A stretch of DNA of 64,000 bases. It comes from Candidatus Eiseniibacteriota bacterium (GTDB lineage Bacteria > Eisenbacteria > RBG-16-71-46 > JABDJR01). The stretch's first letter is position 1; each line of letters starts with the position of its first letter. The position numbers were made by a program, and so were the translations under genes. The DNA lies in the NCBI GenBank assembly GCA_963762255.1, contig CAVXKA010000001.1, positions 704,001 through 768,000 on the forward strand, written 5' to 3'. The notes under the pieces are model-generated. The model searched no databases, had not been told where the DNA came from, and was given only the letters and a program-made list of their open reading frames with translations. Shown piece by piece: positions 9,512-20,228 of the stretch.

Positions 9512-10085
9512 TCAATCCCGATAGCGGGCCTTGAGCAGCCCCCAACTCGTGGGCTCTGCGGGTACCGCCGCCTCGTAGGTGAGGAGACCGCTGACGCAGG
9601 TGCTGTCGAGGGTCTGGTTGAGGGAATCTCGCATGAGAAGGCTGACGCACGCGAGCGGGCTGCTCCCCGGACTCACGCCGGTGAATTGCAGGTGGATGAT
9701 CGTGCCGGGACCGTCCACCGAGCACCCGAGGCCGGCCAAGTCCACGTCGATGTGGCCGACGCCGGGGGTGGGCTCGTTGAGCCACGTGAAGAACCAGGAA
9801 CATCCGGAGCCCGCCAGGAGCGCACCCGGCTCCACCGTAACGGGGTTCACAATGCTCGGATCGAACTCAAGCGAAAGAGTGGTCCCGCGCAGATCATCCG
9901 TGGCCGCGTCGACGTTCTACGTATACGTCGAGGATCTGAGAGCCGGCGAAGACACAGCTCGGCGGATCGCAAGAGAACGCGAGTTCCGCCGCCATTGCCG
10001 TGACCGTCGTCACCGACAGCATGAAGAGGGCGGATAGTAGGGCCGACACAGCGGCGCGAACCTGAGGTGCTGAAATATGGGTCAC
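9512..10085 (-). CDS. Secreted cohesin-like protein with SWGxxKxxY C-terminal tail, frameshifted near 9915
   Basis: AGGAG RBS plus GTG at 10085; signal peptide. Removing one base near 9915 gives VDVDAATDDLRGTTLSLEFDPSIVNP and joins ORF 9512-9850, which ends EPTSWGLLKARYRD. Confidence 0.72.
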
Positions 10086-10205
10086 GGTTAGTCTCCTCTT
10101 CGCGTGTATCGAAGGTACCACTTCCGCGGCTCGGGAAACGGCCGGGAGCCGCGCGTGGCGCGACCCCCGGCCTGCCCAGCCGCCGTCTCGGGCGACTGGA
10201 TCTCG

Positions 10206-13200
10206 CTACCTCACTCTCATGACCCGCTGCGATTGGGTCTGATCCGAGACCCGGAACTGCACGATGTAGCTTCCAGCGGCCACGCTGCGACCCATCTCAT
10301 CCCGTCCGTCCCACGTCAGGCTCTTCTCTCCCGCGGGGAGTGCGGCATCGAGTAACGTGCGCACCAGGCGACCGTCCAGCGCGTAGATGCGCACCGCCGC
10401 CTCACCCGGCTCCGCCAGCGCGAACCGGATCTGCGTCGACCCCAGGAACGGGTTCGGCGCGCTCGGCAGCAACCGCGTCACCACCGGCGTCACCGGCAGG
10501 TCGCGGCTCTCCACCGTCGTCCCCATCTGCACCGGACGGTTCTCGCCGTCGCGCGCGATCACCTCGCCGAACCGGATCCCCGGATCCCCGGAGCCGATCA
10601 CGCGGAAGGTGACGGTGGCCAGCTCACCCTCTCCCGCTGAACGTCGAGCCGAACACCGCCGCGTCTACCGTGCCCGGCTCCGGCGAGAGCACCAGCGTCT
10701 GGCCGGCCTGACGGTTCACCAGCTCTCCGCTACGGTACGCGATCGGCTCCACCGCCTCCGCGTTCCAGAGAAGCGGCAGGCTCACGCCCTGCACCGCACC
10801 GGTCGAGGACAGCGTCACCGTCGCATCGATCCCGTCCGCGCTCGGCGCCACTGCCAGCGCCACCGCGTTCCGGTCCGCGCCCGTCGTCGCCGGCATCGGC
10901 TTGCTCACCCCACCGTAGTTGATCGCCAGGATGATCAGATCCTCGAACTGGATCTTGTTGTCCGTCGTCGGACGCCCGTTCGTGCTGCTGTCCGTCGTCG
11001 GACCGATGTCCAGGATGTTCTCGTAGAGCGGGTTCGGTCGAGAGCACCCCGTAGTGGTTGCCCAGGAACGACACGTCCAGGAACTCCACCTGGTTGTCCC
11101 CGAACGGCGGTGTCGCCGCCGACGGCATCACGTCACCGAGGTGGTAGTTGAGCGTCCCGCTCGTCTGGTTCGACACCGCCGACACGTTCCCGCACGCGTC
11201 GGTCACGAACGCCACGTAGTAGTAGAAGTCCCGCTCCGTGGCGATCTCGTCCGCGTAGGGCGAGACCTGTGTGCCCACCGACGTCCACCCCGCGATCAGC
11301 GCCGCCGCCGGGTCCGCCGGGGCGCTCGGCACCACTCCGCCCAGGTCGTCGTATTCGGGGTAGTAGCCGAACCCCTTGCGGAACAGCTCCACCGTCGCTC
11401 CGGCTTCCACCGCCGGCCACGTCAGCGTGATCACCGTCGTCCCGTCCGCGTCGTTGCCGCTCTTGAGCTGCGCCGCAGCCAGGCTTGCGATCGCCGCCGG
11501 CGGAGCGTTGTCGATCGTGATCTCCGCCGGAGCACCCGCCATCGCCGGGATCGCCACGAACGGGTTCCCGCAGTCGCGCGCATCCACCGACACGATCGTG
11601 ATCGTCCCCACGTCCTCCGGCGACGCAGTCCCGCTTGCCGCCACATCGATCGTGAACAGCTCACCGCCGGTGGTCGGACCGCAGGGCTCGCCCAGGATCG
11701 AGTAGTCCACAGTGTAGGATCCGCCGCCGTTGTCGGTGACGTAGAAGTACGGCGTGAGCATGCCGTACGTGTCGAACAGCGTCCCCGGCTGCACGCCGTC
11801 ACCGCAGAGTTCCAGCTCGGAGCTAAGCTCGAACGCTACCGATACCGCACGCAGCGGCGTCGTGTCCGTGCGATTGAACATCACCGGCACCGTCGCGCAC
11901 GGATCGCTGAGGTGGATGCAACCCAATGCCGACACGTCCGCTACGACCTCGTTGGTCCCCACGCACGGTCCGGTCGGCGAAACCAGCCAGGGCGAGAAGG
12001 TCGCGTCGCCTTCGAGCGCGACACCCGCCGGATTCGAGTAGACCGGCGGCGCATCGGGGCCGCTCGCGCTGCCCCACCAGTTGCACGTCGCGTCGGCGGT
12101 CACCGCGGCGTTCGTGGAGAAGCCGAAACCCGTGTTGCCGGCAAGGTTATTCTGGTTGGCAACGATACTCGTGAAGACACCGGAGTCGCAGTCGCTAGTG
12201 CACGGCCAAAAGCCCATTCCGTAGTCGAAACCGGTCACGGTGTTGTTGTTGGCGGTGACTGCGAGGTCATCCGGACCATACCCTGCGTCGGCCTCAATAC
12301 CGACGGTGTTTACGTTGTCCGGGCCGCCAAAGACAACCGAGTTGCCGGAGATGTCGATGACGAGCAATGAGGCCGTGCCGGCCAGGCCGAGCACGCCGGT
12401 TCTCGGCGCTTCCACGGACTCCTCACCGAACGGTGAGGGCTTCGCGGCCGGAGGATCGGTGGCAATGATGCCGTAGCCGTATCCCCCTGTCTTGATGACG
12501 GCGAGGTGGTTGTTGGTGATGTCGCAGTCACCGTCGACGTTGTAGATGCAGGTGTGGCCATCGGTGACGGTGTTGTTGTCCACCATGACGTCGGCGTAGA
12601 AGACGAGGATGCTGGTGGCAACCCATCCGGTTCCGGAGTAGGCGATCCCCGAAACGTCGTTGTAATCGATGGTGCCGGTGATCCGGTCACCCCAGGTCTG
12701 GATGCCGTTTTGCGCGGTGACCGTGGTTGGCCCTGCGCCAGTCACCTCGTTCCCGGAAACGTCAACGGTCATGGGCGTGGTGTCCGCGGCATTCAGGGCC
12801 ATGGCGTTCTTCTGGAAATCGACGACCGTGCAGCCCTGAACCGTGACCGCTCTAGCGATCCCGTCATCGTTGTATGCGTAGATTCCGACACCGTGTTGCG
12901 CGCCACTGAACGGCGTGTCGCGAATGCCGGTCACCGAGCAGTTCTCAACGGTGCCGCCCGCGTTACGGAAGGCAACGCCGATGAACTTGTTGTTGGTGTT
13001 TCCTCGTCCGGCCCCGTCCACGGTCAGGTTCTTGAGGGCCATGGTCGCGGTGTCGTGCACGTAGACGACGGCTTTGTTGGTCCCGAAGGCGAGGGGAAGG
13101 GTCACGGGCGACTTGATGATGGACGAGGGGCCACTACCCTCGATGGTCACGTCGCTGGCGACTTCGACCTGCTCCTCATAGATCCCCGGCCCCAGGTGCA

Positions 13201-14140
13201 CGGTGGATCCCCCCACCGCCGCGAGGCCGTCGAGGATGGTGGCAAACCGTGTCACGCCCCACCCCGGGGTCACCGGCGGCTCACCGCCGGCGTAGTCGTC
13301 GTCCACCCAGACATGGGTGGGCTTGGGCTGATCGGCAAGAGACACCATCGGACCGAGGTGCGCCGTGTACCAGCGGAACGTGCTCGTGTCGGCGGGCAGG
13401 GCCTGGCTCGAATGCCAGAGCACGGTCTGAAGCCGGACGCTGTTGAAGTTGAACGCGCCAGGGTCGACTGTGATGGACCCGACCAGCCACCACTTGTTGC
13501 CCGGGGTGGAGTTGTTGGAGGTCGGAGGCGCCGCTCCGCCGGCATCGCCGTTTCCGAAGGCGTAGAGCGTGAACGTCCGCGCCACGGGATCGGCCACCAA
13601 CTGGACGTAGTAGACCTGATCGGTCGGATAGACGGTGTAGCGCCCATTCGAGCAGGTGCCCGTTCCGTAGTCCGTGCACCCCCCCTCACGGCAGTAGAAC
13701 TCCTGACCATGGGGCGTGCTGCTGGGCCATCCGGGCACGTTTCTCGTCTCGATCGAAAGCCGCTGCCACACCTGCGGCGCAATGCCGTGCCACATCCCAA
13801 GCTGGGTATCGACGGCGCCGCAGTACACCATGCGGCCGCTGTCGTCGACCATGCGCAGCTCGCCCAGGAACTTGAACCAGTCCGCGGGGGCAACCTGCGC
13901 GCAGTCCTGCAGATCGACAAACGCCCGGAAGGCCACTGGGGCGCCGCCGTTGTAGGTCGTCAGGTCGACGGGCGACCCGCCCGGAGTGACCCACTGCGAA
14001 ACCTGGACCCAGTTGTTCCCGGTGACGGTGAGTACTCCGTCGCCGATGTTGCCGGGTCCGACGTTGACAGGCGCCGCTTCGGTCTGGGCATACAGCCCCA
14101 TCGAGAGAAGAGCGCACAGCAGGAGAACTAGACTTCTCAT
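10206..14140 (-). CDS. Large secreted modular protein (beta-helix/pectin lyase-like, cohesin-like, dockerin-like, FlgD-Ig); frameshifts near 11033 and 10634
   Basis: AGGAGG RBS plus ATG 14140 and signal peptide; FATILDGL...GIYEEQV beta-helix entry, NWWG motif, GELFTIDV, paired dockerin-like motifs, SAPNPF...WDGRDEMG. Deleting two single bases joins three ORFs into about 1310 aa. Confidence 0.75.
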
Positions 14141-14636
14141 GGTTCCAACACCTCCTGGGTGGCGGGCAACGGCGCTTCGGGAGGATGTCCCGGGCGCCCA
14201 ACCGGTGGAAGGCAGAATCCACGCGATCCGGGGGCTTTGATCGGCGTCGATCCGAGCGAGGAAGACAGGGGAAGGGCGCTGGCGCAGCCGCTCGGCGTGA
14301 GTCTTCGGGAGACGCGAAGGCCTGTTCGTGATGCCGCGAGCATAGATGCGCATGAGGCAGCCTTCTCCAAAGCGGAATTCGCCAGTGCGCAGGGGGGGGA
14401 TCCGGGCGCGCCAACTCGATGCGTGCGACCGCGGGAGGGGGAACTCCTGCGCGTGAAACCCTGCGGTGAGCGATCAGGCGGGGGACTCGACCGAACTCGC
14501 CGCGGATCCTCGCCGCCTCGGGGGATGAGGACGATGAGAGGATCGATGGGCAAGATTATAGACAGAACAGCAACGAATTCAAAGCGAGGGTTGATACCAA
14601 TCGCACAAATCGGCGGACAAAGAAATGCAAATACGA

Positions 14637-15083
14637 CTAATGAGGTGTGGTTATCGCTGCGGCAACCGCGAAGAAGCCCGCGCTCAACCACTCCAGCGGC
14701 TTGAGCCAGCGGCGCTTGGGGACCGACTCCGGTACCGGGCCCTCGTTGTATTCGAGCGTCACGTCGGTTCCCAAGGTGATCTTGTCGCCGCTCATGAGCA
14801 GCCACTCGCCGTTCACGCGCTCCCCGTTGACGTAGGTCCCCGCGCGGCTGGCCAGATCCAGAAGGTAGACGCCGCGGCGTGGGCGTCGAACCAGGGCGGC
14901 GTGCAGCCGGGAGATGGATGGATCGTTGATCCGCCAGCAGCACGACGGCGAGCGGCCGAGCGTGGCTTGATGAATGTTAATGGGGAACTCGAGAACGCGT
15001 CCGCGTTCCCAGAACCGCGCCTCACGAAGCACTAACCACTGACTGGGCACGGACTTGGGGGAGTTCACGGGGCTCGTCGGCAT
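14637..15083 (-). CDS. FHA domain protein with short C-terminal hydrophobic tail
   Basis: TLGRS, ISRLHA, LLDLASRAGTYVNG, GDKITLG; AAGGAGG RBS before ATG 15083. Confidence 0.85.
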   Translation of the reverse strand: MPTSPVNSPKSVPSQWLVLREARFWERGRVLEFPINIHQATLGRSPSCCWRINDPSISRLHAALVRRPRRGVYLLDLASRAGTYVNGERVNGEWLLMSGDKITLGTDVTLEYNEGPVPESVPKRRWLKPLEWLSAGFFAVAAAITTPH

Positions 15084-15223
15084 CCCAACCCTCCTTGGGC
15101 GGCCTCGGACCCGGACGGGAGGATCCATCAGCTATGAAAAAACGCCGCGCGCGCCTGGACGGAGGCGGCCGAAGCCGCAGCGCGCGCGGCGCAATAGGAT
15201 AGAACCTAACGTCACCGTAGAGT

Positions 15224-15240
15224 TGCAACCCGCGTGCCAG
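15224..15240 (-). promoter_or_regulatory. Sigma54 (-24/-12) promoter for the FHA gene
   Basis: Minus strand CTGGCACGCGGGTTGCA matches TGGCACG-N4-TTGCW exactly. AT-rich IHF-like tract at about 15270-15292 upstream. Confidence 0.8.
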
Positions 15241-15420
15241 TCGCAGCGATACGGCGGCGAACCCCGCAATTCGTTATTTGAAAGAAAGTTACAGCCCAAG
15301 TCCGCGCCAGCTCGTGTCCCTGGGCACCACCGCGCCGCCCTTTCCGATCCGGTCATTATTACCGACCATTACCTTTTTACTTGGTCGTCGGGCGGGGCCC
15401 GCTCTACACTCCGGGCCAGC

Positions 15421-16794
15421 ATGAGCCACCAGCAACGCATCCTCGTCGTGGATGACGAGGAGTCCACGCGCACCGGTCTCACCCGCCTGCTGGAGTCGTG
15501 GGGGCACCAGGCCCACTCCGCGCCCAGCGCCGAAACCGCGATTGAGCTGGCGCTCACCCACCAGCCCGACCTCATCGTCACCGACCTGCGCATGCCCGGC
15601 CGCGGCGGCATCGAGCTGATCAACGACCTCAAAGAAGCGGGCATCGACGCCACGGTCATCGTCATCACCGGGCACGCCAGCATCGAGACTGCGGTGGAAG
15701 CCACTCGCGGCGGCGCCTACGAATACCTCACCAAGCCCCTCGACATCGAACGACTCCAGACCGTCATCAGCCGCGGACTCGAACGCTCCACGATGCTCCG
15801 CGAAGTGAGGCTGCTGCGGCGCGAGTTGGAGCGCGACGGACGCATGGGCACGCTCACCGGAAAGTCGCCGGCGATGCTGCGGCTCTACCAGCTTCTCGAT
15901 CAGGTGGGACCCTCCAACGCCTCGGTGCTCCTGACCGGCGAAAGCGGCACCGGAAAAGAAGTGGTGGCCCGTACGCTCCACCAGTTGAGCCCGCGCAAGA
16001 ACGCCCCGTTTGTCGCACTCAACTGCTCCGCGATCCCCGAGTCGCTCTTGGAGAGCGAGCTCTTCGGCCACGAACGGGGATCGTTCACCGGCGCGACCGG
16101 CGCACGGCAGGGGTGCTTCGAACTGGCCACCCACGGCACCATTTTCCTCGACGAGATCGGCGAGATGCCCGCCAACCTGCAGAAGAAGCTCCTGCGGGTG
16201 CTGGAGGACCGCCGGGTCCGCCGCATCGGCGGCCGCGTCGAGATCGAAGTGGACGTGCGCATCATCAGCGCCACCAATGCCGACATCACCGCGATGCTCG
16301 AGGCCGGGCAGTTCCGCGAGGACCTCTACTACCGGCTCAACGTGTTTACGATCGATCTGCCGCCGTTGCGGGACCGGCTCGGCGATGTCCCGCTTCTCGC
16401 GCATCAGTTCCTGCGCGAGTTCGCCGCGGCGAACGACAAGCCGGTGCACGCGTTCTCCGACGAGTCGCTCGCGCTTCTGAACGAGTACGACTGGCCGGGA
16501 AACGTGCGCGAGTTGCGCAACGCCGTCGAACGCGCTGTGGTGGTGTGCCGGGGGGAGGACATCGAGGTCCATCATCTCCCCTCGACCCTGCGCCCGCGCC
16601 CGCGCGGGCACGCCATGGACGAGATCGGTGTGGCGGTGGCCCCGGGTACGACCCTGGATGACGCCGAGCGCACGCTCATCCTCCAGACGCTGGAGCAGAC
16701 CGGCGGCAACAAGACCCGCGCCGCGGGGCTTCTCGGGATCAGCGCCAAGACCCTGCACCTGAAGCTCAAGCGATACGCGCGAGGCGAGGCGTGA
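15421..16794 (+). CDS. Sigma54-dependent response regulator (NtrC/AtoC family enhancer-binding protein)
   Basis: Receiver (ILVVDDE, TDLRMP, KP), AAA+ (GESGTGKE, GSFTGA, FLDEIG, FREDLYYRL, WPGNVREL) and Fis HTH. Confidence 0.95.
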   Translation: MSHQQRILVVDDEESTRTGLTRLLESWGHQAHSAPSAETAIELALTHQPDLIVTDLRMPGRGGIELINDLKEAGIDATVIVITGHASIETAVEATRGGAYEYLTKPLDIERLQTVISRGLERSTMLREVRLLRRELERDGRMGTLTGKSPAMLRLYQLLDQVGPSNASVLLTGESGTGKEVVARTLHQLSPRKNAPFVALNCSAIPESLLESELFGHERGSFTGATGARQGCFELATHGTIFLDEIGEMPANLQKKLLRVLEDRRVRRIGGRVEIEVDVRIISATNADITAMLEAGQFREDLYYRLNVFTIDLPPLRDRLGDVPLLAHQFLREFAAANDKPVHAFSDESLALLNEYDWPGNVRELRNAVERAVVVCRGEDIEVHHLPSTLRPRPRGHAMDEIGVAVAPGTTLDDAERTLILQTLEQTGGNKTRAAGLLGISAKTLHLKLKRYARGEA

Positions 16795-16846
16795 CCGTGC
16801 CTGCCGTGAGCGCGGGCCGGCGTCCCTTCGGGAGCGGGCACTAGCC

Positions 16847-18703
16847 ATGCTCGGGCTCCGCGCGCGGCAGATCCTTGCCCTGGCCGCGGTGGTGTTCGCC
16901 ATCGCCTTCATGTCGCTCGTCATCGAGATCACCACCGTCACTCGGCGCGCGGTGGAGGATGCGCGCCGGGAAGCCAACTTCACCACCCGAACCCTCGTCC
17001 TGCAGATCGGCCAGGTGGTGGCCAATCATCCCGGGCAGGATCCCTTGGCGGTCATCGCCGAGGATCCCTCTCTGCAGGTGAGCCTCGACGCGGCCACGCA
17101 GTTCGCCCCCACCGTGCTCTACGCCGCCTTCAGCGATTCCGCGGGACGCGCGGTCATCCACTCCGATCCCACCCAGGTCGGCCGGCTCCTCACCGCGCAG
17201 GCGGCGATGCCGGAGCTGGGCGGCCCGATCGCGGCGTGGCGGTTTCTCTGGCGGCTCTTCCGCGGCGGAGAGATCCACGAGGAGATGACCCCGTTGCGGA
17301 TCGGCGAGACCCGCTTCGGCGCGGTGCGGATCGCCCAGAGCGCGACCTTCATGCGCCAGGAAGTGCTGCGGGTTTTCCACCGCGGCCTCTACCTGGCGCT
17401 GGCCTACATCGCGTTGGCCATGGTGGCGGCGGTATTCCTCACCCGCATCGTGCTGGGGCCGCTCGGGGAGGTGCGCCGAGGCATCGAAGCCCTGCGCGCC
17501 GGCGATTTCAGCTATCGCATCCCCCACCAGAACATTCAGGAGTTCGGCCTGCTCGCCCAGGCGTTGAACGAACTGGGCGCGCAGTTCCACGCGCGGGAAC
17601 TCACGCGCGGCAACGAAGGCAATCTCCGCCGCGCGGTGGAGTTGCTCGGCGACGGGCTCCTGGTGATCGGGTCCGACCGCGAGATTCACCTCATCAACGG
17701 CATCGCCGCGCATTTCCTTGGCGTGGATGCCGCGGTCGCGCAGGGGCGGCCGCTGGCGAGCCTGCTTCCCGCCGAGCACCCCGTCCTCCGGCTTGTGGAC
17801 GAAGTGCTGAGCGGACGGCGCGAACGCATCTCGGTGCGCGCCGAACTGCCCGGCGAGACGGGCGAGCGCGCGGTGATGGCGCTCGGTCATCGCGTGCATG
17901 ACGAGACGGAATCGCTCGGGGTGCTGATCGAACTCAAGGACCTCACCGTGCTGCGCGACCTTCAGGCGGTGATGGATCACTCGACGGTGCTCTCGCGGTT
18001 GGGCGAGATGGCCGCCGGGGTCGCCCACGAGATCCGCAATCCCCTCAACGCCATCACGCTTCACCTGGAGCCCCTGCGCCATGCGGAGCGGCTCGATCCG
18101 GCCCAGGTCCGCGAGGCGGTCGAGACCACCCGGCAGCAGATCGCCCGCCTCGATCGCGCGGTGTCAGGGTTCTTGAAGGTAGCGCGGCTGCGCCGACTCA
18201 CGCTCGTGCCGCTGGATCCGGCGGGCTTGGCCGGGGAGGTGGCCGATCTTCTGGCCCCCGAAGCCACGATGGCCGGACTCCAGATCGATCTCGAGTGTTC
18301 AGGGACGGTGCGCGACGTGCCGGGAGATCCCGAGGTGCTTCGCCAGGCCCTCATCAACGTGGTGAAGAACGCGCTCCAGGCGCTTCCATCCCGGGACCAT
18401 CGCGTGACGATCGCGGTTCGGGAAGAGGACGGGCGAGTGGCGTTCTCGGTCCGGGACAGCGGGCCCGGTATGAGCGAGGATATCCGGCGTCGGGCCTTCG
18501 ATCTCTACATGACAACCAAGGAGAGCGGTACCGGAGTCGGGCTGGCGTTCGTGTTGCAGGCGGTCGAGATGCACGGAGGCACGGTGACGCTGGAGAGCGC
18601 GCCGCAGCAGGGTACGACCGTCACCTTGAGGCTGCAGGGTGCGGACGCGGCGCGCCTTGCCGAGCACGCGGCGATCGCCGCGCGAGGGGAGCGGGCGAGA
18701 TGA
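16847..18703 (+). CDS. Membrane sensor histidine kinase (2 TM, HAMP, PAS, HisKA, HATPase)
   Basis: AHEIRNPL H-box, NALQA N-box, DSGPGM, TTKESGTGVGL. Confidence 0.93.
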   Translation: MLGLRARQILALAAVVFAIAFMSLVIEITTVTRRAVEDARREANFTTRTLVLQIGQVVANHPGQDPLAVIAEDPSLQVSLDAATQFAPTVLYAAFSDSAGRAVIHSDPTQVGRLLTAQAAMPELGGPIAAWRFLWRLFRGGEIHEEMTPLRIGETRFGAVRIAQSATFMRQEVLRVFHRGLYLALAYIALAMVAAVFLTRIVLGPLGEVRRGIEALRAGDFSYRIPHQNIQEFGLLAQALNELGAQFHARELTRGNEGNLRRAVELLGDGLLVIGSDREIHLINGIAAHFLGVDAAVAQGRPLASLLPAEHPVLRLVDEVLSGRRERISVRAELPGETGERAVMALGHRVHDETESLGVLIELKDLTVLRDLQAVMDHSTVLSRLGEMAAGVAHEIRNPLNAITLHLEPLRHAERLDPAQVREAVETTRQQIARLDRAVSGFLKVARLRRLTLVPLDPAGLAGEVADLLAPEATMAGLQIDLECSGTVRDVPGDPEVLRQALINVVKNALQALPSRDHRVTIAVREEDGRVAFSVRDSGPGMSEDIRRRAFDLYMTTKESGTGVGLAFVLQAVEMHGGTVTLESAPQQGTTVTLRLQGADAARLAEHAAIAARGERAR

Positions 18704-19299
18704 CGCCGGCGCGACGGAGTCGGCGCGCCGCATCGGTGTTGGTCGCGGCGGCCGCACTGCTGGCTACGCTCGGCGGGTGCGGCGCGGTCTGGACCTACAA
18801 CGACGCCATGGACCTGCGGCGCGCCACCTACGGCTTCCAGTTCGACCCGCCCGACAGCGTCGCCTATGCGCTTCCCACGCCGCCGCCGGTTTACGCCGCG
18901 ATCTTCGACGAGCGAACGTACGTGCCACCCGCCCCGGTGGTCCTTCCGCCGACGAGGGCGTGGCGCTCGCGCAGCGGAACCGCCGCCGACACCCTCGCCA
19001 CCACACCGCCTCTCATCACGCTGGCGCCGCCGCCCCCGGTGCAGATCGATCTCACCCCCGCCCAGGAGTCCGCGCTGCGCGGGCGCGCACAGCGCGACAT
19101 GACCGCCGCCGACGACCTCATCGCGCTCCACGCGCGCTCCGCCGCGCCCACCGCCGGGGAATCCGAGCAGATCCGGGTCGCCCAGGGGCTTCTGGTTCAG
19201 GCGCGCGCCGCGTTGGATCGGCGCGACTACCAGGGCGCGGCCAATCTCGCCGAGAAGGCTCGGGTTCTCGCGGAGCGATTGGTCGAGAGACAACCGTGA
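18700..19299 (+). CDS. Hypothetical lipoprotein, translationally coupled to the kinase
   Basis: ATGA overlap; lipobox LGGC; Pro-rich linker and helical C-terminus. Confidence 0.7.
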   Translation: MTPARRSRRAASVLVAAAALLATLGGCGAVWTYNDAMDLRRATYGFQFDPPDSVAYALPTPPPVYAAIFDERTYVPPAPVVLPPTRAWRSRSGTAADTLATTPPLITLAPPPPVQIDLTPAQESALRGRAQRDMTAADDLIALHARSAAPTAGESEQIRVAQGLLVQARAALDRRDYQGAANLAEKARVLAERLVERQP

Positions 19300-20216
19300 T
19301 CGCGCCCGCATCCGACAGCCCGCTCCTCGGGGCGCACATGTCGATCGCGGGCGGACTCCACCTCGCCGCTCTGCGCGGCGTCGAAGTCCGGTGCACCGCG
19401 CTTCAGCTCTTCTCGCACAACTCCAATCAATGGGCGATGAAGCCCCTGGCCGACGAGGAGATCGCGCTCTGGAAAGAAACTCTCGCTTCCCATCCCATGG
19501 TGACGATGGTGCACGACTCGTACCTCATCAACCTCGCCTCGCCGGACGAAGCGCTGTTTCGGAAGTCGCGAGAGGCGTTTCTTGGGGAAGCGCTCCGATG
19601 CGTCGCGCTCGGTATCCCGCGCCTCGTGTTCCATCCCGGGGCGCACATGGGCGCAGGAGAGGACGCGGGGCTCGATCGCGTGGCCGCGGCGTTGGATTGG
19701 GTCGACGAGCGCCTCGGCGGGGCCCCCGTCATGTTGCTCGTGGAAAACACGGCCGGGCAGGGGAGTTCACTCGGCCACCGATTCGAACACCTGGCCGGAC
19801 TGCTCGATCGTGTGCGGCGACCCGCGCTTCTGGGCTTCTGCATCGACACCTGTCACCTGCTCGTCGCCGGTTATGACTTCCGTGATGCGGAGGGATACCG
19901 ATCGGTGGTCGCGGAGTTCGACGGCCTGATCGGCGTTGAGCGCATCCGCGCGTTTCATCTCAACGATAGCAAGAAGGACCGCGGATCCCGGGTGGACCGC
20001 CACGAGCACATCGGCCGCGGCTTCGTGGGAACTCCCGCGTTCGCGCGCATCCTTCACGATCCCCGATTTCGTCTTGTGCCCAAGGTGCTGGAGACGCCCA
20101 AGCTCGACGACATGGATCGCAAGAACCTCGCCCTACTGCGCCGACTTGCGTCTCTCCCTCCGCCCTCGGACGCTGCGGACGCCGGTGCCGCGCGCCGCCG
20201 GGCGCGCCGCTCGTAG
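19296..20216 (+). CDS. nfo: Endonuclease IV (AP endonuclease)
   Basis: LGAHMSIAGG, HDSYLINLAS, FHPGAH, ENTAGQG, CIDTCH, HLNDSK, DRHEHIG, LETP; GTGA overlap start. Confidence 0.95.
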   Translation: MIAPASDSPLLGAHMSIAGGLHLAALRGVEVRCTALQLFSHNSNQWAMKPLADEEIALWKETLASHPMVTMVHDSYLINLASPDEALFRKSREAFLGEALRCVALGIPRLVFHPGAHMGAGEDAGLDRVAAALDWVDERLGGAPVMLLVENTAGQGSSLGHRFEHLAGLLDRVRRPALLGFCIDTCHLLVAGYDFRDAEGYRSVVAEFDGLIGVERIRAFHLNDSKKDRGSRVDRHEHIGRGFVGTPAFARILHDPRFRLVPKVLETPKLDDMDRKNLALLRRLASLPPPSDAADAGAARRRARRS

Positions 20217-20228
20217 CGGAGCGGGTCG

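Noticed and set aside
14141-14636. Riboswitch in the long leader of the large secreted gene
   Set aside because: Some hairpin potential, but no recognisable aptamer consensus (c-di-GMP, cobalamin, TPP, SAM).
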